DNA of 64,000 bases. Origin: a phage. The notes under the pieces were generated by a model. It ran no database searches. It was not told the DNA's origin and was given only the letters and a program-made list of their open reading frames with translations. The translations under genes were made by a program, and so were the position numbers. Location: sequence record PZ386964.1. One strand, 5' to 3'. Positions 1 through 8,635 of this stretch are shown piece after piece; position 1 is the stretch's first letter, and the number at the start of each line of letters is the position of its first letter.

Positions 1-24
1 GATGGATACCCGAAAAACGCCATC

Positions 25-1533
25 GTGGTAAGCAACTCTGGAACTCCTTCAGCGCCTGAGTGGCGCATTTTCCAGAGCGTGGTTGACGGCAACACCAGCG
101 CCGTCCCAGCCAACGGCGAAACGGAATCTTGGCAGGAATTGACGCTGCCTAGCGAAGCGCGAAAATATATTCCTATGCCTGCTGGCGGCGATGCGCAAAA
201 CCCGTATTTTGTTCGCGGACTGATTTCAAACTTTGTGGACTTTGATAATATCACGACTTCCACAACTATTGTTATTCAATCTGACGCAGTCGCCGCTCTC
301 TGCTCTAACATCCCGAACGCGGTTGGTGCGACGAAGGTTGCAGGTCGTCTCCAGGTTTGCGCTTGGCAGGTTGATGCACAGACTTTCGCCCTGCAACAAT
401 ACACGTCAATGAACGGATATGTTTTCACCCGCTCTTATACTTCTGGTGCTTGGAGTGCTTGGATTCAAAATGCCACTGTTCAAGATGTGCAAATTGGAAC
501 GCCGAATCTTGCATCAGGTAAAGGCGCGCAAGATATAATTCTCACCGTTCCAGCAGGGTATTCATGGCCTCCGTCAGCAGGTAGTCGCCTGACAATCGTC
601 AATGATGTAACGACTACCGGACCTGTCACCGTGACCATTGGTGTAAACAAAGTTGCCGTTCTTGGATTCGACGGCGGCGAGTTGCCAGCTGGCGCTATCG
701 TAGGATTGCTGCCATTCACCATCATTTATGACGGAACTGTTTGGCGTCTCCTTCAGGCGTTTGGCGCGGCGCAAATCGGCGTTGATGCTACTGAGCCGCA
801 ACAGTTTGTTACAAAGCGCCAACTCGATGCTTTGGCTGCGAAGTTGATCACTATGGGTGATGTGTTCGAAGTCGGTGAGACTCGATTCCTCACCAACGGG
901 ACCAACCCGAATACTAAACTGGGCGCTTACGGCCAGGTATGGACACGACTGCCTGATAACATGGTGATTCGCACGTCCGGCGCTGCACGAAACGGTCTTG
1001 ATACAGGCGGAGCAGACTCTGTTACCCTTACCGCCGCCATGCTTCCTCTCCACAATCACAGCGTGAACATTACCACGCGACAAAGTGGTCCATGGTCCAA
1101 TACCACTGGAGACGCAGGCAACCACAACCACACAGGCGATACCAGTCAAAACGGCGCTCACGTGCACGGAATGGACACGGCAGGCAACCACCACCATGAC
1201 AGTAGCTGGGGTGAAGCCAATACTAGCGATGCGCGGTACGGCGTTTATGATGGGACACACAACAACTTCGGAAGTCGCAAAGGCGGCGACTGGGATAACT
1301 ACAAATACAATACGTCAACTAATGGCAACCACGTTCATAATATTCAATCTTCTGGATCACACACCCATGGGTTGAATATAAATTACGCTGGCAATCACAG
1401 CCACAGCTATACCCTTCCCGCTCACACTCACGATGTGGTCGGTAACACTGGCAATGCAGGGCAGTCGGTGCCAACGGCTGTTGCGACTTTGCCGCGATAC
1501 GTTGTTTTGAATGGCTGGTACAGAAGCGCATAA
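25..1533 (+). CDS. Tail fiber protein, distal receptor-binding part with His-rich HxH repeats; 5' end probably cut by the window edge
   Basis: Reading frame is open back to position 1. Translation has repeated HxH motifs (NHNHTGD, AHVHGMD, NHHHD, NHVHN, SHTHG, NHSHS, AHTHD), as in metal-binding tips of long tail fibers. Lies just upstream of the endolysin. Confidence 0.6.
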   Translation: MVSNSGTPSAPEWRIFQSVVDGNTSAVPANGETESWQELTLPSEARKYIPMPAGGDAQNPYFVRGLISNFVDFDNITTSTTIVIQSDAVAALCSNIPNAVGATKVAGRLQVCAWQVDAQTFALQQYTSMNGYVFTRSYTSGAWSAWIQNATVQDVQIGTPNLASGKGAQDIILTVPAGYSWPPSAGSRLTIVNDVTTTGPVTVTIGVNKVAVLGFDGGELPAGAIVGLLPFTIIYDGTVWRLLQAFGAAQIGVDATEPQQFVTKRQLDALAAKLITMGDVFEVGETRFLTNGTNPNTKLGAYGQVWTRLPDNMVIRTSGAARNGLDTGGADSVTLTAAMLPLHNHSVNITTRQSGPWSNTTGDAGNHNHTGDTSQNGAHVHGMDTAGNHHHDSSWGEANTSDARYGVYDGTHNNFGSRKGGDWDNYKYNTSTNGNHVHNIQSSGSHTHGLNINYAGNHSHSYTLPAHTHDVVGNTGNAGQSVPTAVATLPRYVVLNGWYRSA

Positions 1534-1541
1534 GGTGATTT

Positions 1542-2186
1542 ATGATTAATGCAAACGTAATATCTAAAGGGACAGGATGCAGCACGGATGTTGCAGAAAA
1601 TTGGGTGGACCCTTTCAAGCAGGCTTGTGAGCACTACGGAATAAAAAGCAAGAATGCCATTGCAGCATTCCTTGCAAACGTAGGAGTAGAGACGGGCGGC
1701 TTGAAGACCTTTGTGGAAAATCTCAACTACTCTGCACAGGGCCTTGCCAATACATGGCCTAGTCGTTACAGCGTCAACGGTCGTGCTGGAAGCGCCCCGA
1801 ACTCATTGGCCCTGTCGATTGCACGTAAACCTATGGAAATCGCCAATAATACATACGCAAACCGCATGGGCAACGGTTCGGTAGCATCTGGCGACGGTTG
1901 GAAGTACCGTGGCCGTGGTGCCATTCAGCTGACTGGCAAAGCGAACTATGCTGAATATACGCGTCAATCAGGCTATGATGCATTGAACAATCCTGATATT
2001 CTGACTGAACCAAAATACATTGCCGACAGCGCGGCATGGTTCTTTAAGAATAGTGGTTGTATTCCTCTTGCGGATGCAGGGAATTTTGATTCAACCGTTA
2101 AGCGGATTAATGGGGCCGCGCCGAACGCAGCGAACCACGGTGAGTTGCGAAGAAAGCGTTACAAGGATGCACTAGCAGTCATGTAA
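1542..2186 (+). CDS. Endolysin, glycoside hydrolase family 19 (chitinase-like) type
   Basis: 214 aa with the motif YRGRGAIQLTGKANY and overall GH19-like pattern; no signal peptide; followed by a strong terminator hairpin. Confidence 0.8.
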   Translation: MINANVISKGTGCSTDVAENWVDPFKQACEHYGIKSKNAIAAFLANVGVETGGLKTFVENLNYSAQGLANTWPSRYSVNGRAGSAPNSLALSIARKPMEIANNTYANRMGNGSVASGDGWKYRGRGAIQLTGKANYAEYTRQSGYDALNNPDILTEPKYIADSAAWFFKNSGCIPLADAGNFDSTVKRINGAAPNAANHGELRRKRYKDALAVM

Positions 2187-2192
2187 GAAAAA

Positions 2193-2218
2193 GGCCCATA
2201 TGGGCCTTTGTTTATTTT
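2193..2218 (+). terminator. Rho-independent terminator after the endolysin gene
   Basis: Perfect palindrome GGCCCATATGGGCC followed by TTTGTTTATTTT; A-run upstream, so it could also act on the minus strand. Confidence 0.7.
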
Positions 2219-2424
2219 ACGGCTTCAACTTGGACGGGCGGAGCGGAACTTGTATCAATGTCTGGCAAGTCGAAGTAATACCCCGCCATACCAATCACAC
2301 CTACAATCGCGGCCCGTGCCACCTTGTTGCTAATTGACTCCCCAATAAGCTTTACCAACAGGGACAAGATTTGAGACGTCAAAGCCTTTTTCAGCCTTTT
2401 GTTTTCTTCCAAATCTTTCTGCAT
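2212..2424 (-). CDS. Small membrane protein with one predicted transmembrane helix, next to the endolysin
   Basis: In-frame ATG preceded by GGTGG; hydrophobic segment AAIVGVIGMAGYYF; start lies just past the stop of the upstream minus-strand gene. The track's longer 2442 start is a TTG. Confidence 0.4.
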   Translation of the reverse strand: MQKDLEENKRLKKALTSQILSLLVKLIGESISNKVARAAIVGVIGMAGYYFDLPDIDTSSAPPVQVEAVK

Positions 2425-2438
2425 AACTACCACCCATG

Positions 2439-2981
2439 TCAACGCACTTCCTGTGTCTTAACATTACCTGAAGCATCTCTCAAGGGCAGTGGATAGTAGG
2501 CCATTTGGTAGTCTGATACGCCTTCAATGTGATAAAACACGATTACGTCTTTGCTGTTGATGAGCATGTTAACGACATCTGATTTATCTTCTGGAGTGAG
2601 TATTAGTGCGCCGCCTGTCCTGCTGTCTACTGCAACAGGGTATGTCTTGTCGACAAGGCCGCTGTCCAATGTATTATACCTGACAACGATTTCAGGGGCA
2701 TCAACTTTTGCCATCGACATTCCGAACACAAACGACACGACCTGCCGACCGCGATCATTCATTACGCACATCTTTTCTTTGTCAAATCTTTCTTTTATTA
2801 CGTCGTATTTATTCCAGCAAAACTCAAATGACTGCCCATTGTTGAAATATCTTGTCAAAACTTTTGCACTTCCATTCGGCGGCGTGAACATATTTTCAGC
2901 CGATGCAGTCTTGGTGAAGAATATAACTGTCAGCATAGCCATGATGATGATCAAAACAATCTTTAAGTTTTTCGATTTCAT
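2439..2981 (-). CDS. Secreted or periplasmic protein of unknown function
   Basis: N-terminal signal-peptide-like sequence (MKSKNLKIVLIIIMAMLTVIFFTKTASA); a sigma70-like promoter (TTTACT, 16 bp, TATACT) lies upstream on the minus strand. Confidence 0.5.
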   Translation of the reverse strand: MKSKNLKIVLIIIMAMLTVIFFTKTASAENMFTPPNGSAKVLTRYFNNGQSFEFCWNKYDVIKERFDKEKMCVMNDRGRQVVSFVFGMSMAKVDAPEIVVRYNTLDSGLVDKTYPVAVDSRTGGALILTPEDKSDVVNMLINSKDVIVFYHIEGVSDYQMAYYPLPLRDASGNVKTQEVR

Positions 2982-3012
2982 TATAATTCACCTTTTGATT
3001 ACGAATATTAAT

Positions 3013-3040
3013 AGTATAGGCCGAAGGTTTTGAAAGTAAA
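3013..3040 (-). promoter_or_regulatory. Sigma70-like promoter for the 2439-2981 gene
   Basis: On the minus strand: -35 TTTACT (plus 3035-3040), 16-bp spacer, -10 TATACT (plus 3013-3018). Confidence 0.45.
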
Positions 3041-3050
3041 TAAGGCGAAA

Positions 3051-3085
3051 GGTAAATAAAAGAAAAGCCGGAAATTTCCGGCTTT
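3051..3085 (-). terminator. Rho-independent terminator ending the ligase / MazG / spanin transcription unit
   Basis: Palindrome GCCGGAAATTTCCGGC (3067-3082) followed on the minus strand by TTTTCTTTTATTT. Confidence 0.65.
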
Positions 3086-3157
3086 ATGTATACACTGTAT
3101 ATTAAATTCTATAAAACGGCGCGATAGATTATACGCAACAATTATTTATCCAGTGTG

Positions 3158-4132
3158 TTAAAAATACTCCATATCGGTAATATCACGGAAGCATTTATAA
3201 AGCGCAGAGCGCGGCACGTCAACGATGCCAAAGTTAAAGAATTTATACGTCAAGTATTTGTGGCGATAATTTTCGCGATTATCCCAAAGCATCTTCCGCT
3301 CTGCCATAGGCATTGAACCTGCGGACACACGGAAAGGAATCATCTCACCCTTCTCATCTACATACTTTGGATTGACTACGACAAATGATCCGAGATAACC
3401 CTTGGCAACGAGTCCTTCAGCTTCCTTTGATCGTTTTGTGCGACCAAGCTCATCAATGAACGCTTCGTTGTTATTCTCCATCATCTCGACGAAATCTATG
3501 ATCTGTCCTTCTTCGTCGGTCCACGGCTTGTCTTTCCATACATCACGCGACTTCGGCGTTGCGCGACCATGCTTGTATTTGCCCGTCCACGATTTGCCGT
3601 ATAAGCCTTCATATCCAAGCTGGTCCGCTTCGACTTGCATTGCCGCGTATTGATCCATATTCTCAATGTTTCGGTATTCAAGGGCGCGAAGGAATGGTCT
3701 GTGGCCATGGTCCAAGAGATACTGATTGACCTCAGCAACTCTAGCCCGATAGTTCGCATAACGCTTTTCAAAAGGTAAATCGGGGTCGCTGAAGTCATCA
3801 AACACCCACCATGTAAAGTTAGTTATTGCATCAGTATTCATGCACGCAGTATATGCCTGCTGCATGACGTTCTTGTCATTAGGATTGCCGTCGATGAGTT
3901 CACCATCAAGGCCGTAAATCAAATCGCCCAAGAAAAGGAACTCTTTCTTGATTTGAACGTTTCGCAGCGGCATTCCAGACGTACCCATAGGAAGCTTGTC
4001 ATAAGCCATAGCACGTATGCCATCAACCTTAAATGACAATCCGCAAGGTAACGGAACGTCTTCACCGCGTTCGATGATTTGCTTACGTTGACAGCCTTTC
4101 ATTGGCTTAAGCGCTTTGATCTCTCCTGCCAT
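3158..4132 (-). CDS. ATP-dependent DNA ligase
   Basis: Adenylation motif KVDGIR (KxDGxR), LDGELI and EGLYGK motifs typical of ATP-dependent ligases; ATG at 4132 overlaps the stop of the upstream gene. Confidence 0.75.
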   Translation of the reverse strand: MAGEIKALKPMKGCQRKQIIERGEDVPLPCGLSFKVDGIRAMAYDKLPMGTSGMPLRNVQIKKEFLFLGDLIYGLDGELIDGNPNDKNVMQQAYTACMNTDAITNFTWWVFDDFSDPDLPFEKRYANYRARVAEVNQYLLDHGHRPFLRALEYRNIENMDQYAAMQVEADQLGYEGLYGKSWTGKYKHGRATPKSRDVWKDKPWTDEEGQIIDFVEMMENNNEAFIDELGRTKRSKEAEGLVAKGYLGSFVVVNPKYVDEKGEMIPFRVSAGSMPMAERKMLWDNRENYRHKYLTYKFFNFGIVDVPRSALYKCFRDITDMEYF

Positions 4133-4725
4133 CACTCTTTCCCCTCATTCATTACTTGTTCCAGCGCATAGGCGTAAGCCTGATCAGTCGATTTGATAAA
4201 CGTGCCGTTGTACATGACACCTTTGCGGTCCTTGATGTCTTCGTAGGCCGCTTGCGCACAGTCGGATAAGCGAAGGCCATAATCATGAGCTACGCCGGAA
4301 AGGTAATCGACTGCGACCATGATGGTGACATCAATATCCATGCTCTGATTTTTAGCAATGGCGTCACCAAGCCGTCCGAGAGTCTTTGCCAAGCGAAGGA
4401 TAAACGAGTGAGGGTGGGTACCTTTGTCAGCGCAACCGCCGCCGTTGATGTCTTCGATTTTTGCACCATTTTGCGCGGCAAGGATAGTCAATACAACAAG
4501 ACAATCACCAATGTCGTCCTTGATTGCGGCCTGCAGGTCACAGATGGCCTGCTCTGTATATCCAATTTCAGGGTCAAAGAACACAAGGTCATGGAGTTGA
4601 TCAACGTGGTCGGTTAACTCCCCAAACTCGCTGATAAGCTTCGGGTATTGGTCCTTAAGGTCGCAACCTTGGATGATGTTACGGTCAGAAGCCCACTGGC
4701 GAATGTTTGCATAAATCTGTTTCAT
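4132..4725 (-). CDS. MazG-like nucleoside triphosphate pyrophosphohydrolase (putative)
   Basis: All-alpha-looking protein with an EFGELTDH acidic helix motif resembling MazG-type NTP pyrophosphatases; translationally coupled to neighbours. Confidence 0.45.
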   Translation of the reverse strand: MKQIYANIRQWASDRNIIQGCDLKDQYPKLISEFGELTDHVDQLHDLVFFDPEIGYTEQAICDLQAAIKDDIGDCLVVLTILAAQNGAKIEDINGGGCADKGTHPHSFILRLAKTLGRLGDAIAKNQSMDIDVTIMVAVDYLSGVAHDYGLRLSDCAQAAYEDIKDRKGVMYNGTFIKSTDQAYAYALEQVMNEGKE

Positions 4726-5240
4726 TTATTTTCCTTTGATGCATTGAATTGATCGATTTTTATTTTAGCCTGATTATAAGTATCAATCAAGCTATTAACT
4801 TTATCTTTTAATCGGTTTGTTTCTGCGGCGAACTGAACAAGAAATCTGACATCTTCTTCTGATAGTCCACAGTTTCCTTCTGGGATAGAGAGGCGTCCAG
4901 TGGTCGCAGAGTCGGGCACACTCCTGAGTAACTCACGGGAGCAGCTGAGTTGCTCGCGCAACTTGATATTCCCAGACTTGTAACGAGCAATAGTGTCATC
5001 AGCAACCAGTTGCGCTTCCTGGCGACCTTTCTCATATGCCGATGCCGATTCAACCTGTAAAGATGCAATTTGCTCTTCGAGTGCATTTATCTTGTCCTTA
5101 CGCTCATTAAGCGATGTCAGATATTGGTTATCCTTGGCCAGTGATGCGTTGGTTTGCTGCAGGTCTTCAACGTATGATCCAGCGGCAAACGCGCCAACAA
5201 GGGCCATAATCTTCAGGAGTGGTACAATTCTTTCTATCAT
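4722..5240 (-). CDS. Rz: Inner-membrane spanin (Rz-like)
   Basis: N-terminal transmembrane helix (IVPLLKIMALVGAFAAGSYV), coiled-coil body, overall Rz-like architecture; contains an embedded +1-frame lipoprotein ORF. Confidence 0.65.
   Translation of the reverse strand: MIERIVPLLKIMALVGAFAAGSYVEDLQQTNASLAKDNQYLTSLNERKDKINALEEQIASLQVESASAYEKGRQEAQLVADDTIARYKSGNIKLREQLSCSRELLRSVPDSATTGRLSIPEGNCGLSEEDVRFLVQFAAETNRLKDKVNSLIDTYNQAKIKIDQFNASKENK
4808..5035 (-). CDS. Rz1: Outer-membrane lipoprotein spanin (Rz1-like), embedded within Rz
   Basis: Alternate-frame ORF wholly inside Rz; basic N-region, hydrophobic core and lipobox ISSC; short Pro-containing mature part. Confidence 0.55.
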   Translation of the reverse strand: MRKVARKRNWLLMTLLLVTSLGISSCASNSAAPVSYSGVCPTLRPLDASLSQKETVDYQKKMSDFLFSSPQKQTD

Positions 5241-5250
5241 GATGCACCAG

Positions 5251-5279
5251 ATAAATAAAAGGCCGCCAATCGGCAGCCT
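5251..5279 (-). terminator. Terminator-like hairpin between the SSB-like gene and Rz
   Basis: Minus-strand RNA GGCUGCC-GAUU-GGCGGCC followed by UUUUAUUUAU. Confidence 0.5.
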
Positions 5280-5297
5280 TGTTGATTTGATTGTCGA

Positions 5298-6158
5298 TTA
5301 AAACTCTTCTGCGTCGGTCGGAGTTTCATTAACAGGGCCAGCGGCACCGCTTGCTTCTTCCTGCTTGCTGCGGTCAATGTTAACGTTGCCGCCAACTACA
5401 TCGTTGTGGAATGCTTTGGCGACTTCATACAGACCTTTGTCCTGCACCAGACCTTCCAGCTCAAACTTCAGAACTGACCAGGTGTTGCCATCTTTGGACT
5501 GAGACGCAGTACCCATGCGAACGATGTTCATGAAGGTCGGCGGAGTTTTCAGGCCCTGCGGAGTCTGAACTTTCTTCTGCTGCAGCGCGGTCATCAGCAT
5601 GCGAGACGGCTTGATCATGGAAGAAGTCAGAGACAGCATTGCGCTACCAAATTCACCAGTTTCTTCGTTCAACAGAATCACGAAGTGGTTACGTGTATCT
5701 GCGTAGTAAGGTGATTTCTTCTCGTGCACCTTGCCGTTCTCGTCTGGCACAAACACCTTACCGTTGATTTCAACAGCGCGGCCTGCTGCGACTTCTGCAT
5801 CAACGTGCTCTTTGGTGAATTCACCTTTAAAGCCTTTATCGTCGGACTCGCGACCGCCCCAAAGGATGAAGGTGCGTTTGAATGCGCAGGGGATGATCTG
5901 CACACCTTTCTTGCCGTCATACAATTCACCAGTAACGGTGTTGTACAACATGCCAGCTTTTGCGCCAGGAACGTGTTTTGGATCATCTTCGTCGACCATC
6001 GGAGACATCTTTTGCAGCACGACGATAAAAGGAATGGCATAAGCGTCGGCATCGGCACCTTCAAAGCCAGCGCCAAAATCGGTCATGTCGACAAAATCAG
6101 CCATAGCGGACATCTGGGTGTTTTTCACTGCAACTTCGGTAGTTTCTTTCTTAGACAT
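5298..6158 (-). CDS. Putative single-stranded-DNA-binding protein
   Basis: 286 aa ending in an acidic tail with terminal Phe (ETPTDAEEF), reminiscent of T7 gp2.5-type SSBs; sits in the replication block; terminator hairpin downstream. Confidence 0.4.
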   Translation of the reverse strand: MSKKETTEVAVKNTQMSAMADFVDMTDFGAGFEGADADAYAIPFIVVLQKMSPMVDEDDPKHVPGAKAGMLYNTVTGELYDGKKGVQIIPCAFKRTFILWGGRESDDKGFKGEFTKEHVDAEVAAGRAVEINGKVFVPDENGKVHEKKSPYYADTRNHFVILLNEETGEFGSAMLSLTSSMIKPSRMLMTALQQKKVQTPQGLKTPPTFMNIVRMGTASQSKDGNTWSVLKFELEGLVQDKGLYEVAKAFHNDVVGGNVNIDRSKQEEASGAAGPVNETPTDAEEF

Positions 6159-6217
6159 TTGATGTTTTCCTATAGTATCAAGTTTCGTGGCAACCTGATT
6201 TCAAGATAAAGGTTAAA

Positions 6218-6775
6218 TTACTTTTTGCTTTTAGGCAAGGTTATTTTAGCTTCTTTATACTCAAAAACGCTAATATCTTCACTAACTGGATTACCCGCTT
6301 CCAGCTGTTCTTTTACAAATGACTTCAGTGTAGCAGAATGAATGCCTTGTTTCAACGTGGCTTCAACACCATCTTCACGCAGCGCGGCAACAATCTCTTG
6401 CGCTTGCTCGATTTCTTCGCGACCGAACTCAGCCGTGACGCTGGACTTGATCAAGCCGCCGTAACCGTTGTTGACAAGCCAATCGAATACCTTCAATTCA
6501 TTTTCTTTCTTGATTGAAGCATTTACTTTTGACTCGACCTTGATTTTGGTCTTGTCTTCAAGCTTGATTTCGGACACGCCAAGCTCATCCATAACGCCAG
6601 GAAGCAGAACAGTTTTGATTTCACTGATGCGCTGCTTTTGCATATCAGCTTCATCTTCAAGCTCTGTCAAAGCTTCTTGGCGCTCTGCCAATTCCGATAC
6701 TAAGCGCGCAAGACGCTCCTGAATGCTCTCAGGAGCAACCTGCGGCAAATCATCTTCCCAATTAATATTGCTCAT
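6218..6775 (-). CDS. Hypothetical protein with N-terminal coiled coil
   Basis: 185-aa ORF coupled to the upstream gene; charged coiled-coil N-terminus; no confident family assignment. Confidence 0.5.
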   Translation of the reverse strand: MSNINWEDDLPQVAPESIQERLARLVSELAERQEALTELEDEADMQKQRISEIKTVLLPGVMDELGVSEIKLEDKTKIKVESKVNASIKKENELKVFDWLVNNGYGGLIKSSVTAEFGREEIEQAQEIVAALREDGVEATLKQGIHSATLKSFVKEQLEAGNPVSEDISVFEYKEAKITLPKSKK

Positions 6776-7035
6776 ATTTTACCTTCTTGCATTAGCCCTT
6801 CAACACGGGTCATTTGATAACGTTCAGGTTTCCAAGCCGCCAAAGCCTTCTCAGCGCCTTTTAAAGTCTTATATGCCTTGATGCCAGGCATAATGACGGT
6901 ATTCACCCCAGCACCGTTGCCATAATCAAACTCTTTTACAACGCGGAACATGCCGTCAATTTCTTTGACCAAAAGACGTTTGAACGCGATTGCGCCAGTA
7001 GCTTCATTTTTGTAACGTTCAAGGATGCGTACCAT
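6772..7035 (-). CDS. Hypothetical protein
   Basis: 87-aa ORF with an upstream sigma70-like promoter (TTGACT, 17 bp, CATAAT) and AGAGGA ribosome-binding site. Confidence 0.5.
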   Translation of the reverse strand: MVRILERYKNEATGAIAFKRLLVKEIDGMFRVVKEFDYGNGAGVNTVIMPGIKAYKTLKGAEKALAAWKPERYQMTRVEGLMQEGKI

Positions 7036-7067
7036 TTTGTATTCCTCTATTTCGTTTCGATGAAGTA

Positions 7068-7096
7068 ATTATGACTCATCTTCCGTGACAAGTCAA
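7068..7096 (-). promoter_or_regulatory. Sigma70-like promoter with conserved leader motif (upstream of the 6772-7035 gene)
   Basis: Minus strand: -35 TTGACT (plus 7091-7096), 17-bp spacer, -10 CATAAT (plus 7068-7073); leader contains CATCGAAACGAA, shared with the promoter near 14.0 kb. Confidence 0.45.
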
Positions 7097-7111
7097 ATTA
7101 TTTTTTTGATA

Positions 7112-8635
7112 TTAATTCATCTTTTTGCCGTCGAGGATGTGATCAGCAAGCATTGACTTCATACTGAGTGAACGCTGAATTTCTTCGTCGATGGTATCAA
7201 CACCAATAAAATCAACATACAACACGCTTGATTTGGTGCCGATGCGGTGATTTCGGTCTTCGGATTGTTTGCGCAGCTCGTTGTCGTAGTTGCAAGAATA
7301 ATAAATTGCCAAGTCAGCGGCGGTAAGCGTGATTCCGATGCCTGCCGCGGCTGCGTGACACACCAACACTTGCGTTCCACCGTTCTCGACTGTGTTTTTC
7401 TGGAAGTCATCAATCAAGAACTCGCGCTGCTCTTTTGATGTTTCACCGTTGTACACACCAGTGACCACGCCTTCAGACTCAAGCCAGTCCTTAATCTGGT
7501 TCATCTCTTCCTTAAAGATGGCCCAAACAATGAATTTGCGCTCTGGGTCGTCTTCCAGCACCCCTTCCACATAATCCTTAAAGGCTGTGAATCGTGGGTT
7601 GTCTTCCATGTAGACCATCTCATCATACACCTTAACAAAGCCTGATGTCACCTGCTTCATCTTGGTGCGAGATGCGATCATCTCAAACTTAACGTTTTCT
7701 TCTTCGCCTTTATACTCCATCAGATAATTGTACTCATTCTTGAGTTCATCATAGACATCGCGCTGCTTAGGCGACAACTCGAAGTCGATAAACTTGTACA
7801 CCTTCTCTGGAAGGTCCGGCAGGTATTCCGCTTTTGTCGCGCGGAAATAGTGCGGCTCCATCAGCCGGATAAGCTTGTCAAGGTTTTTGTACATCGGTCG
7901 GCCAAACTGGTCTTTGCGCGGCACTTGCGGAATGCCATAACCGTTGCCGCCGATTTTCTTGAGAATGGCCTGCATCTCTGGGTCGTGCGCTTCAAGCAGC
8001 ACTGTAAATTCAGAGTTAAATGCGCGGAACGATTTGGTGCCAAGCAAACCTGCTTCAAGGAAGTGATACTGCATGTAAATATCAGCAGGCGAGCGCGGCA
8101 GCGGCGTACCGGAAAGGATTCGACGGGCCTTTGCCAGCCGTCCCAATTCCACAACCTTGATGGAGCGTTTGGCTGTGTTATTTTTGATACGCGTCGATTC
8201 ATCAATGATCATCAAACAGCGGTACTTCTTCAGTACGGACTCAATGTGTTGATAACCGACTGGCGTGTTCACCGTGTCAATGTTGAATGAGAAGATTCGT
8301 GCAGGCACTTCGCCTTCAGGATAGTGATCAGCAAACATCTTCTCCCAAAGTGCCTTGCCCTTTTTAGTTTTCATTTTGTCATTGCCGCGCCAGTAATGAC
8401 CAATCCATTTAATGGAAAGGTGCTCTGGTGCTTCACGACGAATCCAGTTTGAGTGTACACCGTTAGGAGCGATTACAACCATGGCATCAAATGCGCCAGC
8501 GGTAAAATGCTTTTCAAACTCTGCCAAAGCGGTCCAGGTTTTGCCAAGACCCTGCTCCATGAAATAAGCAAAGTATTTTCTGCGGCCTGCTTTATCAAGC
8601 GCCAATAATTGGTGGCGCATTCCTTGTGTTTTCAT
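7112..8635 (-). CDS. SNF2-family DNA helicase / ATPase
   Basis: Walker A GLGKT, DExx box IIDEST, and a C-terminal helicase domain pattern. Confidence 0.8.
   Translation of the reverse strand: MKTQGMRHQLLALDKAGRRKYFAYFMEQGLGKTWTALAEFEKHFTAGAFDAMVVIAPNGVHSNWIRREAPEHLSIKWIGHYWRGNDKMKTKKGKALWEKMFADHYPEGEVPARIFSFNIDTVNTPVGYQHIESVLKKYRCLMIIDESTRIKNNTAKRSIKVVELGRLAKARRILSGTPLPRSPADIYMQYHFLEAGLLGTKSFRAFNSEFTVLLEAHDPEMQAILKKIGGNGYGIPQVPRKDQFGRPMYKNLDKLIRLMEPHYFRATKAEYLPDLPEKVYKFIDFELSPKQRDVYDELKNEYNYLMEYKGEEENVKFEMIASRTKMKQVTSGFVKVYDEMVYMEDNPRFTAFKDYVEGVLEDDPERKFIVWAIFKEEMNQIKDWLESEGVVTGVYNGETSKEQREFLIDDFQKNTVENGGTQVLVCHAAAAGIGITLTAADLAIYYSCNYDNELRKQSEDRNHRIGTKSSVLYVDFIGVDTIDEEIQRSLSMKSMLADHILDGKKMN

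Noticed and set aside
574-1260. 228-aa minus-strand ORF inside the tail fiber gene
   Set aside because: Antisense to a well-supported fiber gene with His-rich repeats; no ribosome-binding site; typical shadow ORF of a GC-rich repetitive region.
25-1533. Diversity-generating retroelement targeting the tail fiber
   Set aside because: No reverse-transcriptase ORF and no template/variable repeat pair were seen anywhere in the window.
2212-2442. Track start at 2442 for the small membrane protein
   Set aside because: That start is a TTG overlapping the upstream gene; the in-frame ATG at 2424 has a GGTGG site and was used instead.
5724-6209. 161-aa plus-strand ORF overlapping the SSB-like gene
   Set aside because: Antisense shadow ORF; the minus-strand gene has the better start context and a recognisable C-terminal tail.
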